In this document: positions 28,983 through 41,135 of the stretch, piece after piece
Position numbering within the stretch: position 1 is the stretch's first letter
Layout: each line of letters opens with the position of its first letter
NCBI RefSeq assembly: GCF_030013905.1
Contig: NZ_CP124862.1
Span: 1,241,051 to 1,305,050 of the forward strand
Direction: 5' to 3'
DNA: 64,000 nt
Source: Petroclostridium sp. X23
Lineage (GTDB): Bacteria > Bacillota > Clostridia > SK-Y3
Program-made: the position numbers and the translations under genes
Notes under the pieces: model-generated
The model's database searches: none
Seen by the model: the letters and a program-made list of their open reading frames with translations, nothing else
Told to the model about the DNA's origin: nothing

Positions 28983-29804
28983 TTATATACCATGATCTAC
29001 GATCCACACCGTATCTTCATCATCATATATCTCATACCTAAATGTTTCCCAATACCATTGAGAATGACGTATATTCTGTTGATTATAGCCATCTACTAAC
29101 TGAACTGTCATTTCTTTAGTAATATTAGTTACATTACTATGTCCATGAGCCGTATACTCTTCATCAAATTCAAAATAATCTGCACCGAAGTAAGTCTTCC
29201 ATGCCTCAGGTAAATGCATTCTTATCCTAAATTCATTTTCATTCTTACTATAGTTTATTAATTCTAAGCTCACTTTTATTGTTACTTCTTCTTTATCTGA
29301 ATGTGCTAGGCTAACTTTCGCATCTACTAAATCAATAGTCTCTAAATTATCTTTTAAAAGCCAATAATAGGTTGATCTAACAGTATTCAATGAGTTCCTC
29401 ATTATAGGCAATACTATTGTGATTAGTATTAAAAATATCAGGATTTTATTTTTGCTGGCAAATCTCTCTAACTTAAATAAACCCCGTATCCCAATAATAA
29501 ACAAAATGAGTGGTATTAATCCCGAAAGATAGATTACACCATTGCCTAGCCTTATTGGCCTTATTATATATTGTATAATTGAATAAGAATCGTGCGGAAG
29601 TCTTTGGGTTAGTAAAACCCCGAAAAATATACTTCCCAAATACTTAAGTAATCCTTTATTGTCCTTACTCACTTCCATCCCCCTATTTGATTGATTACGG
29701 TTTCTATCTTTTTCAATATAATAACTATCCTTTAAAAAGCCGGACAGCGGCAATAATTTGTATTGCAGCCATAGAACCCATGAAAAGACTTGAAATAAGC
29801 TCAC
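28983..29804 (-). CDS. Hypothetical membrane protein
   Basis: Two or three TM helices. A more likely start is the internal MEVSKDNKG behind GGGGATGGAAG. Confidence 0.35.
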   Translation of the reverse strand: MSLFQVFSWVLWLQYKLLPLSGFLKDSYYIEKDRNRNQSNRGMEVSKDNKGLLKYLGSIFFGVLLTQRLPHDSYSIIQYIIRPIRLGNGVIYLSGLIPLILFIIGIRGLFKLERFASKNKILIFLILITIVLPIMRNSLNTVRSTYYWLLKDNLETIDLVDAKVSLAHSDKEEVTIKVSLELINYSKNENEFRIRMHLPEAWKTYFGADYFEFDEEYTAHGHSNVTNITKEMTVQLVDGYNQQNIRHSQWYWETFRYEIYDDEDTVWIVDHGI

Positions 29805-30181
29805 TTACAGAAAAATTCCGTATAAGTCCTAGTACAAGTACAATGGTAGTCTATACGCCTCCAATCAGAAAAATCCAACCTAAGCGTCCAACACTTTCAC
29901 TAAATAATTTATAGCCGTATATAGTGAGAAATGCTATTATTTCATTCTTTATAAAAGCAAGTTGTTACAACACAGCCTAACCTGCATTACCTCCAGAAAG
30001 ACCGTTTCACCCGTAACTTTATCTATTCCCTTTTAATATATTATTATATAGATGTTTTTGCCAGTAAAAAAGTTCCGTAATCATTAATAGATATACTCTT
30101 ATACTCTCCTCACTATCCACTCCCCACTAAAGCAAAATATTTCAAACAAAACGTTTAATGTATTTGATATAGTTTATTCTC

Positions 30182-31372
30182 TTACTCCGAAGCCTTAAAG
30201 TTATATACCGGCTTAATAATATCCAGTATTTCAACAGTATCGTTAATATTATTTATAATTTCCTCCATTGGTTTGTATGCCATAGGGGCCTCATCTACAG
30301 TGGAACGGTCCACACACGTTGTGTAAATCCCTTCCATAGATTTTTTGTATTCTTCCATGGAGATTCTTTCTTTTGCAGCGCCACGGCTCATCAGCCTTCC
30401 GGCTCCATGGGGAGCCGAATAGTTCCAGTCGGCGTTTCCTTTTCCTATGCAGATCAGCGCACCATCCCTCATGTTCATGGGAATAAGTACTTTTTGCCCC
30501 TCATAAACAGCAATGGCTCCTTTGCGAAGGATTTTCGCCTGAACTTCGATATAGTTATGGATAGTGGTAAAACGTTCCGTCTCATCTACCTTCATATGAC
30601 CCAAAATCTCATCTACAATGGCCAGTCTGTTGAGAACGGCATACTGTTGCACGATCTCCATATCATGAAGATAATCATCGAATAGATCACCCTCCACATA
30701 AGCCAATTGTTTGGGTACCTTCATATAATTAAGTTTCTTTAGTTCATCTTGTATTTCATTTTTTCTTCCTTGTTCCTTCAAATCCTCAATAAGTTTCTGC
30801 TTCTCTTTTGATTTTTTGTTCAAGCTGTTGAAAGCAGTCTTCTGATAATATTCCGCCACTTGCTTTCCCAGATTTCTGCTCCCTGAGTGAACAACCAGCC
30901 AGTACTTGCCCTCTTGGTCTACATCCACTTCTATAAAGTGATTCCCTCCGCCCAAGGTTCCTACACTTAGCTGTGCTCTCCTGAAATTAACATGCTTTAA
31001 ACATCTTAGGTCCTCAAGTCCGGCTTTTTTCTCATACTTATGAATCTTAGACCGTATATCGAAACCTGATGGTACATTTTTTCTAATCACACTATCCAGC
31101 GCTCCCAAATCCAGTTTGCGGACTTTTAATCTTACTGCTTCCATTCCACACCCAATATCCACCCCCACCAGATTGGGCACAATCTTGTCTGAAATGGTCA
31201 TTGTCGTTCCAATCGTGCATCCTGCTCCGGCATGCGTATCGGGCATGATTCTTATCGTACTGTCTTTCACAAATTCTTGATTGCATAGCTCTATGATTTG
31301 TGAGACAGTCTGTTCTTCTACATGATCTATGTATACTTTTGCAGTATTATATTTCCCTTTTACTTCTATCAT
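30182..31372 (-). CDS. rtcB: RNA-splicing ligase RtcB (3'-phosphate/5'-OH RNA ligase)
   Basis: PDTHAGAGCTIG, GNHFIE, PHGAGR metal/GTP-binding motifs. 396 aa. Confidence 0.8.
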   Translation of the reverse strand: MIEVKGKYNTAKVYIDHVEEQTVSQIIELCNQEFVKDSTIRIMPDTHAGAGCTIGTTMTISDKIVPNLVGVDIGCGMEAVRLKVRKLDLGALDSVIRKNVPSGFDIRSKIHKYEKKAGLEDLRCLKHVNFRRAQLSVGTLGGGNHFIEVDVDQEGKYWLVVHSGSRNLGKQVAEYYQKTAFNSLNKKSKEKQKLIEDLKEQGRKNEIQDELKKLNYMKVPKQLAYVEGDLFDDYLHDMEIVQQYAVLNRLAIVDEILGHMKVDETERFTTIHNYIEVQAKILRKGAIAVYEGQKVLIPMNMRDGALICIGKGNADWNYSAPHGAGRLMSRGAAKERISMEEYKKSMEGIYTTCVDRSTVDEAPMAYKPMEEIINNINDTVEILDIIKPVYNFKASE

Positions 31373-31438
31373 CTGTTTTTCAACTCAATTCGTAATAATT
31401 TCAGGCGGACAAATCAGCCCGCCTTTATAAGCCAGCGC

Positions 31439-32572
31439 TTACTTGCTCACTTTGCATTCATTAGCCTTATTTGACAGCAGTGCATTAAGCTGTTCAATCA
31501 ATGTGCCGCCACCTGTTAGAGAGATATTCCCTATTTTATCACAGATTTTTTCCAAAAACTCCAGTTCTTTTAATCTGAACAATGTCTGGTTTTCTTCCAT
31601 CAGCTTTGCAGTGTTTAAAAGGCTTCTTGTCGAAGCAACTTCTTCCCTCCTGGTAATAACATTCGCCTGTGCCTTCTTTTCGGCAATGAGCACGGTATTT
31701 AATATTTCTTTTATGTCTCCGGGCAATATAATATCCTTGACACCTGCAAATAAAAATTCCACACCGTAGCTACTGCTTTTCTCCTTTAACTTCTCAAGAA
31801 CATAGCTTCCTATCTCCTGTTTCTTCAAAAGAAGATCATCTAGTTTTAAAGCTCCTACATATTCCCTCAAAATCAACTGCAAAACTATGTAAAGTTGTTC
31901 CTCGAAGGACTTTATCTCAACAATTTTTAACGGATCTGTGACCCTGTAATGGCATACAAAATTTAATCTCAATGTAATCTTATCTTCCGTCATAATCTCC
32001 TGACCGGCCATATCCAACTGCTGCTGTCTTAAATCCACATTCTTTACGACAACATGTACAGGACTTTTCCAGAAGAAATACCTACCCGGCTCTAAAGTTT
32101 TTTGTGTTGCATTGTTATAATAGAGAATGCCTTTTTCATGATTTCCTACTTCATAATAACCCACATGCGCTGCAAGTTTAGGGCTATTGTAAATAGAGGC
32201 ATCAATATCCGGTTTTACTTCAGGGTTTCTAATGTCTACAACAATAAAGTCATGGTTTTTAAGTATGTTCCAGAACGCATACTTTCCGGACTTAAGTACC
32301 TCTACAAGTTTACCGTCTTCAAAATGAATGACAATTTCATAATCCTGGACATCTATCACTGTAAGCTCCTTCAAAAGCTCCGTATCCTCAAGAAACAGGT
32401 TTATATTTTTACCTGCCGAATCAAAGGCTTTATTTACATCAGACACAGCAACTCTATATTTAATAAATGGATTAAGATAATGTTTGCCCGGCATTAGGCA
32501 CTTAATATAGTTGCCATCCCTAAACAATAAACCTCTTTCATCATTCTTGATAATTACCTTCATTTTGACCAC
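31439..32572 (-). CDS. Cytoplasmic SPFH/band-7 domain protein with a duplicated N-terminal SPFH beta-region
   Basis: No TM helix. Two PGxHF/YF segments (LMPGKHYLNPF; LEPGRYFFWKSP). C-terminal SPFH helical region (AEKKAQANVITRREEVAS). 66 nt upstream of rtcB on the same strand. Confidence 0.55.
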   Translation of the reverse strand: MVKMKVIIKNDERGLLFRDGNYIKCLMPGKHYLNPFIKYRVAVSDVNKAFDSAGKNINLFLEDTELLKELTVIDVQDYEIVIHFEDGKLVEVLKSGKYAFWNILKNHDFIVVDIRNPEVKPDIDASIYNSPKLAAHVGYYEVGNHEKGILYYNNATQKTLEPGRYFFWKSPVHVVVKNVDLRQQQLDMAGQEIMTEDKITLRLNFVCHYRVTDPLKIVEIKSFEEQLYIVLQLILREYVGALKLDDLLLKKQEIGSYVLEKLKEKSSSYGVEFLFAGVKDIILPGDIKEILNTVLIAEKKAQANVITRREEVASTRSLLNTAKLMEENQTLFRLKELEFLEKICDKIGNISLTGGGTLIEQLNALLSNKANECKVSK

Positions 32573-32884
32573 CCTTTCATAAAAAGTATCAGTTGTTTTT
32601 GTAAACCTTTTTCAAGAATCCTCCCGTAACGTCGGCGGAGTGCTGCTTAAGGATATTGCTTACAAATCGTTGCACATGACTTCATGCATATTTTAGGTAC
32701 TGCTTGATTCATTTGCAATGAAGATTCACCTACAAGGATAGGTTTGCCATACCCGGTATCCGCACACTTCAAGGCTTAAGTTCCGGTGTTTTCACAAAAA
32801 AATCTGCAAAAACCTGAGGACTCTTTTCAAAGGTACCTGTGAAATACCTCGAGTGACCGTCGAGCGCTAAACCATAGCAATCAG

Positions 32885-33015
32885 ATCCTTCATCTGATGG
32901 GGATTCGAACCCCTTTTCCTTGCCTTATGCTCTACCGCTGAGCTAATTACTTTACAGTAATGGAGGAATCGAACCTCCGACACTAAGGTTCTTGAGTTCC
33001 ACCTTTTCCCGGCAT
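32885..33015 (-). pseudogene. tRNA-derived fragments: two canonical T-arms and one canonical D-arm, but no intact anticodon arm
   Basis: Minus strand: GGAGGTTCGATTCCTCC-ATTACTG ... AAGTAAT-TA-GCTCAGCGGTAGAGC-A ... GGGGTTCGAATCCCC. Upstream lies a GCCGGGA...GGTGGAACT...CTTAGTGTC type-II-tRNA-like 5' piece. The acceptor strands do not pair to give any complete tRNA. Confidence 0.45.
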
Positions 33016-33155
33016 ACCTCTTATGACTATGGTAAAAGGCACCGCAAGACCTTTCAGAAATCTTTGCATTGGGAATGGGAACAATTTTAGTATACGAGAA
33101 TAAATTACCAATTAACAGACAAAAAGTTTGCAACCTTTATCTCGTTGCAAACTTT

Positions 33156-35463
<2,308 letters not shown>

Positions 35464-35842
35464 TCATGCCCTAATTCTACCATAAAAAGTAAGCCACTTG
35501 CAAACACAGGCACCTGTACCACTTCTAGTTTTAGGATTTTTAGCTTTATAGCTGTCTTTTACCTTATTTTTGTTATTCTTTCATTTGAATCAATGATCGT
35601 TAGCCTTGTTGTATATTTCAAAAGCATGTTTATCAAAACATACCATAAATACTTTCTCAATCCCCGTATCTGTTTCAAGAAATTTCTTTATCTATAACTT
35701 CAAACCTATCTATCATCCTCTTCCCTTGTTAAAATAACTTTCCGCCTTATATCTCATATGATATAATAGAAAAGAATAATAATGGAATGATTCTCCATAC
35801 ATATTCGCCAAATACTTTTTTATCATAACGGGAGGGTTATCT

Positions 35843-36223
35843 ATGAAGTTGAAAGAAATGCTTAAGGAGAACGGTGTTTTGGAAACATTGGATAAAATAG
35901 GCTTTGACTCCGAAACAGTCATCTCTGGCCTTACTGAGGAAACAGATGCACACTATATGAAGTACAGATGGTTCAACACGGGTTCCAGCGCGCACGCAAT
36001 CCCCACAGAAGAAATGCTTGAAGCAGGATATCCCTGGGAAGAATGGTATAAGGATCGTATGGGAGTGCTTCAACATCACATCCTTTACCTTGAAAAGACA
36101 GATCTTTGCGATATGACATTTGATTGTCCCATAACAGACACAACACATCCCGAGCCTACAAGAAATCACTTCTGGTATCTCTATAATGATGAAGATAGCA
36201 GGCTGCTTTATACCAGAAAATAA
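35843..36223 (+). CDS. Hypothetical small acidic protein
   Basis: 126 aa. RBS GGGAGGG. Followed by a terminator-like hairpin agtagacaaagatcgtctact-TTTTT at about 36255-36282. Confidence 0.4.
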   Translation: MKLKEMLKENGVLETLDKIGFDSETVISGLTEETDAHYMKYRWFNTGSSAHAIPTEEMLEAGYPWEEWYKDRMGVLQHHILYLEKTDLCDMTFDCPITDTTHPEPTRNHFWYLYNDEDSRLLYTRK

Positions 36224-36512
36224 CTTAAGTCATCAGAAATAATTAGTAATAGAAAAGTAGACAAAGATCGTCTACTTTTTTAATTGCAGCAAGTATAAAT
36301 GTCAAAGAAAAGGTGTCTTGTATCCGGTTCTAGTAAGCTTTTTTAGTTAATTGCAATAATCTTATCTTCTTAATTCGAAAATCAAGTTGCTGAAATACTA
36401 TTAAATAGTGACAGATACTCCCTCTCTACCCCTGATGCCCTCTATATGCGTCATTAGATTTCTACAATACCCTCCAGTTCTTTATTCTTCAAAAGATTGC
36501 TCGGACTCTTCT

Positions 36513-36899
36513 TCATAAAAATCCAAAAATGAATACTTCTTTCCGCCTTTTTTCCCATCCTAAAACTGAATTCAAGTTCACATTTTGAGCTGATTGGAAT
36601 ATACACTTATCCACAACATCAAAGTTCTTTTTCAGCGCTTTTATCAATTGCTTTACCTCTCGGCGCTTGCTGGATGTCTTTTGTGCTGCCACAACACATC
36701 CGCAATTCATTGCCATACTGCCGTTACTACTGGTAAAACGCTTAATATCGTCCTCTTTGACATAATACATGGGACGTATCAATTCAATCCCTTTAAAGTT
36801 TTTTGATTTTAATTTATGCCATACTTTACCTTTCTGTCTTGGATCAAATATTATCATAAAATGTTTAAAAAAGCTTCCTTTATATTTTTTATTGACCAT
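36513..36899 (-). pseudogene. Truncated duplicate of the 3' ~360 bp of the ttcA-like gene (47581..48468); a gene fragment
   Basis: 36470-36830 aligns to 47566-47925 at about 93% identity. The translation shares KSKNFKG(I/V)ELIRPMYYVKEDDIKRFTSSNG(S/I)MAMNCGCVVAAQKTSSKRREVKQLIKALKKNF, then diverges at a 1-nt indel near the 3' end. No PP-loop N-terminal part is present. Confidence 0.6.
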
Positions 36900-37067
36900 T
36901 GATATCCCCTTCTAATTTATATCTTTAGTCAATATCTTACTATAAAAGGATTTGCTCTTTTACAGGTAAATTTATTCATTGCAAATAAATGGGATAGGAC
37001 AGGGACAGAGTGACAGGTTGAAACCACTGAAAAATCCATTTTAGAACGCAGAAGGTCAAGACCCTTA

Positions 37068-37940
37068 TTATTTCCAATCCAGCATATATCTTTGAAAAAC
37101 TAATGCATCACACGCATCCTTGTCTAATTTTTCTTCATCTGCACCGTTACTGATATCACGCCATACCCTTATATCTTGTCCTACTTGACCACCCATTCTC
37201 ACAAATGGCTCCATAACAACCGTCCCATCATATTCTATCTCTCTTAGCGCATCACCAATTTCTCGCCACGGTATGCGTCCTTTTCCCGGAACCATTCTGT
37301 TACATTCACCCGTATGAAAGTGTCCTAAATATTTTCCTGCTGTTCTAATAGCGTCTCCAATACTTTGCTCTTCAATGTTCATATGAAATGTATCAAGCAT
37401 TACCTTTACATTATCAGCCTCTGTTTCTTCAACAAATTCAACTGTTTCTGCTGCCGTATTTAAAACATGGTTTTCGAAACGATTTAAGGATTCGAGACCT
37501 AATGTTATACCACATTCCTTTGCAATTCTTCCCATCTCTCTTACACCCTCTACTCCACGTTGCCAATCTCCTGATTTATCAATTGGTTTGGAGTAATCAA
37601 CCGGCCAATAAGAATACAATGCACCTCCAATTAAAGTTGAATTGAGCTTTTCCATCATTTTAAAAATATTTGTAAAAAAAGCTAGTCCATTTTTTCTTAT
37701 ATCAGGATCTGATGATGCAATATTTTGCTCTGCTGTTGGTCCGTGCCCAACAGTCAGTCTAATATTATGATGTTCTGCACATGTCCTTAATTCTTTTATG
37801 TCTTTTTCAGAATAATAGGCTATTGGAGTGGCAGCTATCTCTAAAATATCGAAACCTAACTTTGAGACTTTTTCAATATAATATTTATAGTCTCCACTCC
37901 ATTCCTTCTCCCAATATGCGTAATATATTCCATGTTGCAT
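37068..37940 (-). CDS. Ketose 3-epimerase family TIM-barrel enzyme (D-psicose/D-tagatose 3-epimerase-like)
   Basis: Xylose-isomerase-like TIM barrel with the conserved E...D...H...E metal ligands (GLESLNRFE; DTFHMNIEE; GHFHTGE). Confidence 0.6.
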   Translation of the reverse strand: MQHGIYYAYWEKEWSGDYKYYIEKVSKLGFDILEIAATPIAYYSEKDIKELRTCAEHHNIRLTVGHGPTAEQNIASSDPDIRKNGLAFFTNIFKMMEKLNSTLIGGALYSYWPVDYSKPIDKSGDWQRGVEGVREMGRIAKECGITLGLESLNRFENHVLNTAAETVEFVEETEADNVKVMLDTFHMNIEEQSIGDAIRTAGKYLGHFHTGECNRMVPGKGRIPWREIGDALREIEYDGTVVMEPFVRMGGQVGQDIRVWRDISNGADEEKLDKDACDALVFQRYMLDWK

Positions 37941-38007
37941 CTTACTATCTCCTTATATTTATTCTACCCACAATTGATTTTTATAAATTTTTTCTCATCT
38001 GCATCAA

Positions 38008-38979
38008 TCAATGAATACTTTGTTCAGAATTTTCAATATATTCATATACTTCATCCACATACGGCATTGCACGAATTGCTCCTTTTCTTGTTGTAACAAT
38101 AGATGCCGCTCCATTTGCAAAAACAAGCATTTCTTCTAGCTGTATTTTCGAAAGTTCTTCTATTCCATGTACCAGTACATAAGCTAAGCAACATCCGCAG
38201 AAAGTATCGCCCGCTCCTGTAGTATCTACTGTGTCCCTATTCAAAAATGCCGGTTTCTTTACTGATATGTTATTGTAATATGCCGCACTGCCTTTTTCTC
38301 CTGAAGTAACTATGATCAGCTTAATTTTAAATTTCTCATTTAGTATTGCAATGCCTTCGTCAACAGTTTTGCAATCCAACATGAATTTCAATTCTTCCTC
38401 TTCAATTTTCAAAATATCACACTGTGAACATCCAAAGAGCATTTGCTCCCTAGCATCCTCCATTTGCTTCCATAATGGCGGTCTAAGATTCGGATCAAAC
38501 GAAATTAATGCATTATGCTCTTTCGCAATCGCCAACGCCTTCTTTGTTGCTTTTCTTACACCGTCATGTGTCATTGATAATGTTCCAAAATGAAATATTT
38601 TTGTATTTTTTAGTAATTCATCTTTTACTTCATTTTCTTCTAATCTCATATCGGCACCAGGATTTCGATAGAAGGCAAAATCTCTATCACCGTTTTCATT
38701 AATTCGCACGAATGCTAACGTCGTATTTACTTCACTCGATTTCACTAATCCGGAACTGTCTATTCCCACTTCAATTAATGTCTTTTCAAGTTGCTCACCA
38801 AAAATATCCATCCCTATTTTCCCAATAAATGCCGTACTAAATCCTGCCTTTGCAAGCATTGATAATACATTACACGGCGCTCCTCCCGGATTACACTCAA
38901 ATAATTTATTATTTTGCTGCGATAATCCATAGGGTGTAAAATCAATTAATAATTCTCCCAAAGCTACAACATCAAACAT
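38008..38979 (-). CDS. PfkB-family sugar kinase (fructokinase-like)
   Basis: N-terminal GG motif (NPGGAP). C-terminal DTTGAGD anion hole motif. Confidence 0.7.
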   Translation of the reverse strand: MFDVVALGELLIDFTPYGLSQQNNKLFECNPGGAPCNVLSMLAKAGFSTAFIGKIGMDIFGEQLEKTLIEVGIDSSGLVKSSEVNTTLAFVRINENGDRDFAFYRNPGADMRLEENEVKDELLKNTKIFHFGTLSMTHDGVRKATKKALAIAKEHNALISFDPNLRPPLWKQMEDAREQMLFGCSQCDILKIEEEELKFMLDCKTVDEGIAILNEKFKIKLIIVTSGEKGSAAYYNNISVKKPAFLNRDTVDTTGAGDTFCGCCLAYVLVHGIEELSKIQLEEMLVFANGAASIVTTRKGAIRAMPYVDEVYEYIENSEQSIH

Positions 38980-39084
38980 TTTATTCTCCTCTATTATTAA
39001 TACTATTTAGAATTTTTAATTAAATTCTCCACCCGTTCCATTCTAGTGGAGAATGTCACGACATAAAACACCTAATCATTTCCA

Positions 39085-40095
39085 TTAACTTTTACTCATT
39101 TTTAATGTCTTACGCTTATTAATAACGGTGTTTATAATTAATACAGCTATTAATGCTACTCCCCAAATTAAATCTCGATAATAGTTTGAGATATTCGGAA
39201 ACATATTTAAGTAAGATGACAAAATTTGTAGTACTACAACTGCAATAGCAATACCTGGTATGGAACCAAACCCACCATTAGGGTTTACACCTCCCAACAC
39301 AACAATTAAGATACATTGCATTGTATAACTGCTGCCGAAATCAGCCTTTGCGGAATTAATTCTTGCCAAACTAATGAGGCCCGCTATAGCTGAGATTAAT
39401 CCTGAAAGCATATATGTTTGAACAATTATTTTCTTCGTCTTAATTCCTGCAAAGAGTGCAGTTTTCTCATTTGTACCTACCAGATATACTCTGCTTCCAA
39501 ACTTCGTCTTACTCATAATAAAAGCTATCGCTATTACAGTGCACAAGAAAATGATAAATGCCAATGGTATTCCCGCTACCAGGGTTGTTCCCAGCCTTGT
39601 GTATGCTTTAGGCAATCCACTTACAGTACTTCCCCGTGAAATAACAATTGCAATTCCCATAAATAGCTGATATGACCCAAGTGTTGCTAACATGGCCGGA
39701 ATACGAAGATAGGAGATAAGCAAACCATTAAAAGCTCCACATATTGCTCCAACAAGCAACGCTGTTGCCACTGAAATAACAATTCCACTCATCCCATTCG
39801 TTCCATGCGGCACTAATTGCTTCATCATAAGGCCTGCAATAATCCCTGTAAGATTTGCTATATATACTGTTGATAGATCGATACCTCCTGAAATCATACA
39901 AATTCCCACTCCAAGGGCCATTAGACCATATTCCGTCAATTGTTTTCCCTGTGATTGCATATTTCCGACATTTAAAAAACTGATTCCTTTTGTAACAGTT
40001 GCAAGTATAAAGAATGCTATTAATGTAATAAGAAGACGAGCAATGTTATCATCAATTTTTCCAACTGGCAATTCCCTAATTTTTATATTGTTCAT
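39085..40095 (-). CDS. Sugar ABC transporter permease (RbsC/AraH family)
   Basis: Polytopic membrane protein, 336 aa. Adjacent to a second permease and an RbsA-like ATPase. Confidence 0.7.
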   Translation of the reverse strand: MNNIKIRELPVGKIDDNIARLLITLIAFFILATVTKGISFLNVGNMQSQGKQLTEYGLMALGVGICMISGGIDLSTVYIANLTGIIAGLMMKQLVPHGTNGMSGIVISVATALLVGAICGAFNGLLISYLRIPAMLATLGSYQLFMGIAIVISRGSTVSGLPKAYTRLGTTLVAGIPLAFIIFLCTVIAIAFIMSKTKFGSRVYLVGTNEKTALFAGIKTKKIIVQTYMLSGLISAIAGLISLARINSAKADFGSSYTMQCILIVVLGGVNPNGGFGSIPGIAIAVVVLQILSSYLNMFPNISNYYRDLIWGVALIAVLIINTVINKRKTLKMSKS

Positions 40096-40097
40096 GA

Positions 40098-41126
40098 TTA
40101 AGCTGCCTCCTTCTTCATTTTGGTCTTTATCTTTGAAGCGTTATTACTCTGCATAGCAGAAATAGCCGTCCCTATAATAATAATGGCTCCAATAAATATT
40201 TTTTGCCAATATACTGAAATACCAACTAAAATTAAACTATTTGACACCATGGTCAACAGCAATGTTCCAAGGAGACATCCTTTAAGCGTTCCCACGCCTC
40301 CAGCCATTCGAGTTCCTCCCAGAATAACTGCTGCGATAATAATCATTTCGCCTCCGGCAAATTCAGTCGGAAGATATCTCATAGACATAACGGTGTAACA
40401 TACACCTGCAATTGCTGCGATGATCCCATTTACTACAAAGATTCCAAACCTTATTGCTTTCACATTAAATCCTGCACGCTCAGCTGAAATCTCATCTCCG
40501 CCTATAGCATAGACCCCACGTCCTACCATCGTATAATTTAACACTAAGTATGTAATAATATATAAACCTGCCAAAATCAAGAATGTCATTGGTAATGTAG
40601 AACCTAGTCCGGTTTCTGCGTTTTTCACTGTTAATAAGGATGCTTTTCCATAATTGGCCATTGTCTCCGGCAAATCCATTCTTTCTGCTTCAAAAGCCCC
40701 TAATAGAATCCCGCTAAAAATGGAAGATGTTCCAAGTGTCACAATCAAGCTCGGAAATTTATATTTTACAATAATAAATCCGTTTATAGCTCCCATTAAC
40801 ATTCCAAAAAACATTGCAATTAAAAAGACTACAAATACCGGTCCGTTATAACCTGTTTTTATTGTAATAATCGTTGCCAAATAGCTGCTCAAAGCCGCTA
40901 TAAGCGGAAATGAAACATCAGGCCCTGTACTGACAAAAGCAAGTAATGCGCAAATCGCATAGATAGATGGAACAATCATTGAACGAATAATATCTACGAT
41001 GTTATTATTTGCAAAGAAAAGTCCGGACCTCGCTTGAATAATTAAGGACAACGCTACAATAATAAGAAATACATAAAATTCTGACTGCTGAGTTACTCTC
41101 TTTAATTTTTTATTCATTCTCCGCAC
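40098..41126 (-). CDS. Sugar ABC transporter permease (RbsC/AraH family), second copy
   Basis: 342 aa, polytopic. Tandem with the previous permease. Confidence 0.7.
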   Translation of the reverse strand: MRRMNKKLKRVTQQSEFYVFLIIVALSLIIQARSGLFFANNNIVDIIRSMIVPSIYAICALLAFVSTGPDVSFPLIAALSSYLATIITIKTGYNGPVFVVFLIAMFFGMLMGAINGFIIVKYKFPSLIVTLGTSSIFSGILLGAFEAERMDLPETMANYGKASLLTVKNAETGLGSTLPMTFLILAGLYIITYLVLNYTMVGRGVYAIGGDEISAERAGFNVKAIRFGIFVVNGIIAAIAGVCYTVMSMRYLPTEFAGGEMIIIAAVILGGTRMAGGVGTLKGCLLGTLLLTMVSNSLILVGISVYWQKIFIGAIIIIGTAISAMQSNNASKIKTKMKKEAA

Positions 41127-41135
41127 TCTCCTCTC

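Noticed and set aside
32885-33015. Intact tRNA genes (two T-arms suggested two tRNAs)
   Set aside because: The T-arm to T-arm spacing is about 67 nt, less than a tRNA length. Only 13-16 nt separate the D-arm and T-arm where a 17-nt anticodon arm plus variable loop is needed, and the acceptor halves do not pair. These are fragments, not genes.
32867-33133. 88-aa minus-strand ORF overlapping the tRNA-like region
   Set aside because: Its reading frame runs through the T-arm and D-arm sequences. No RBS. It is an artefact of the structured RNA-like DNA.
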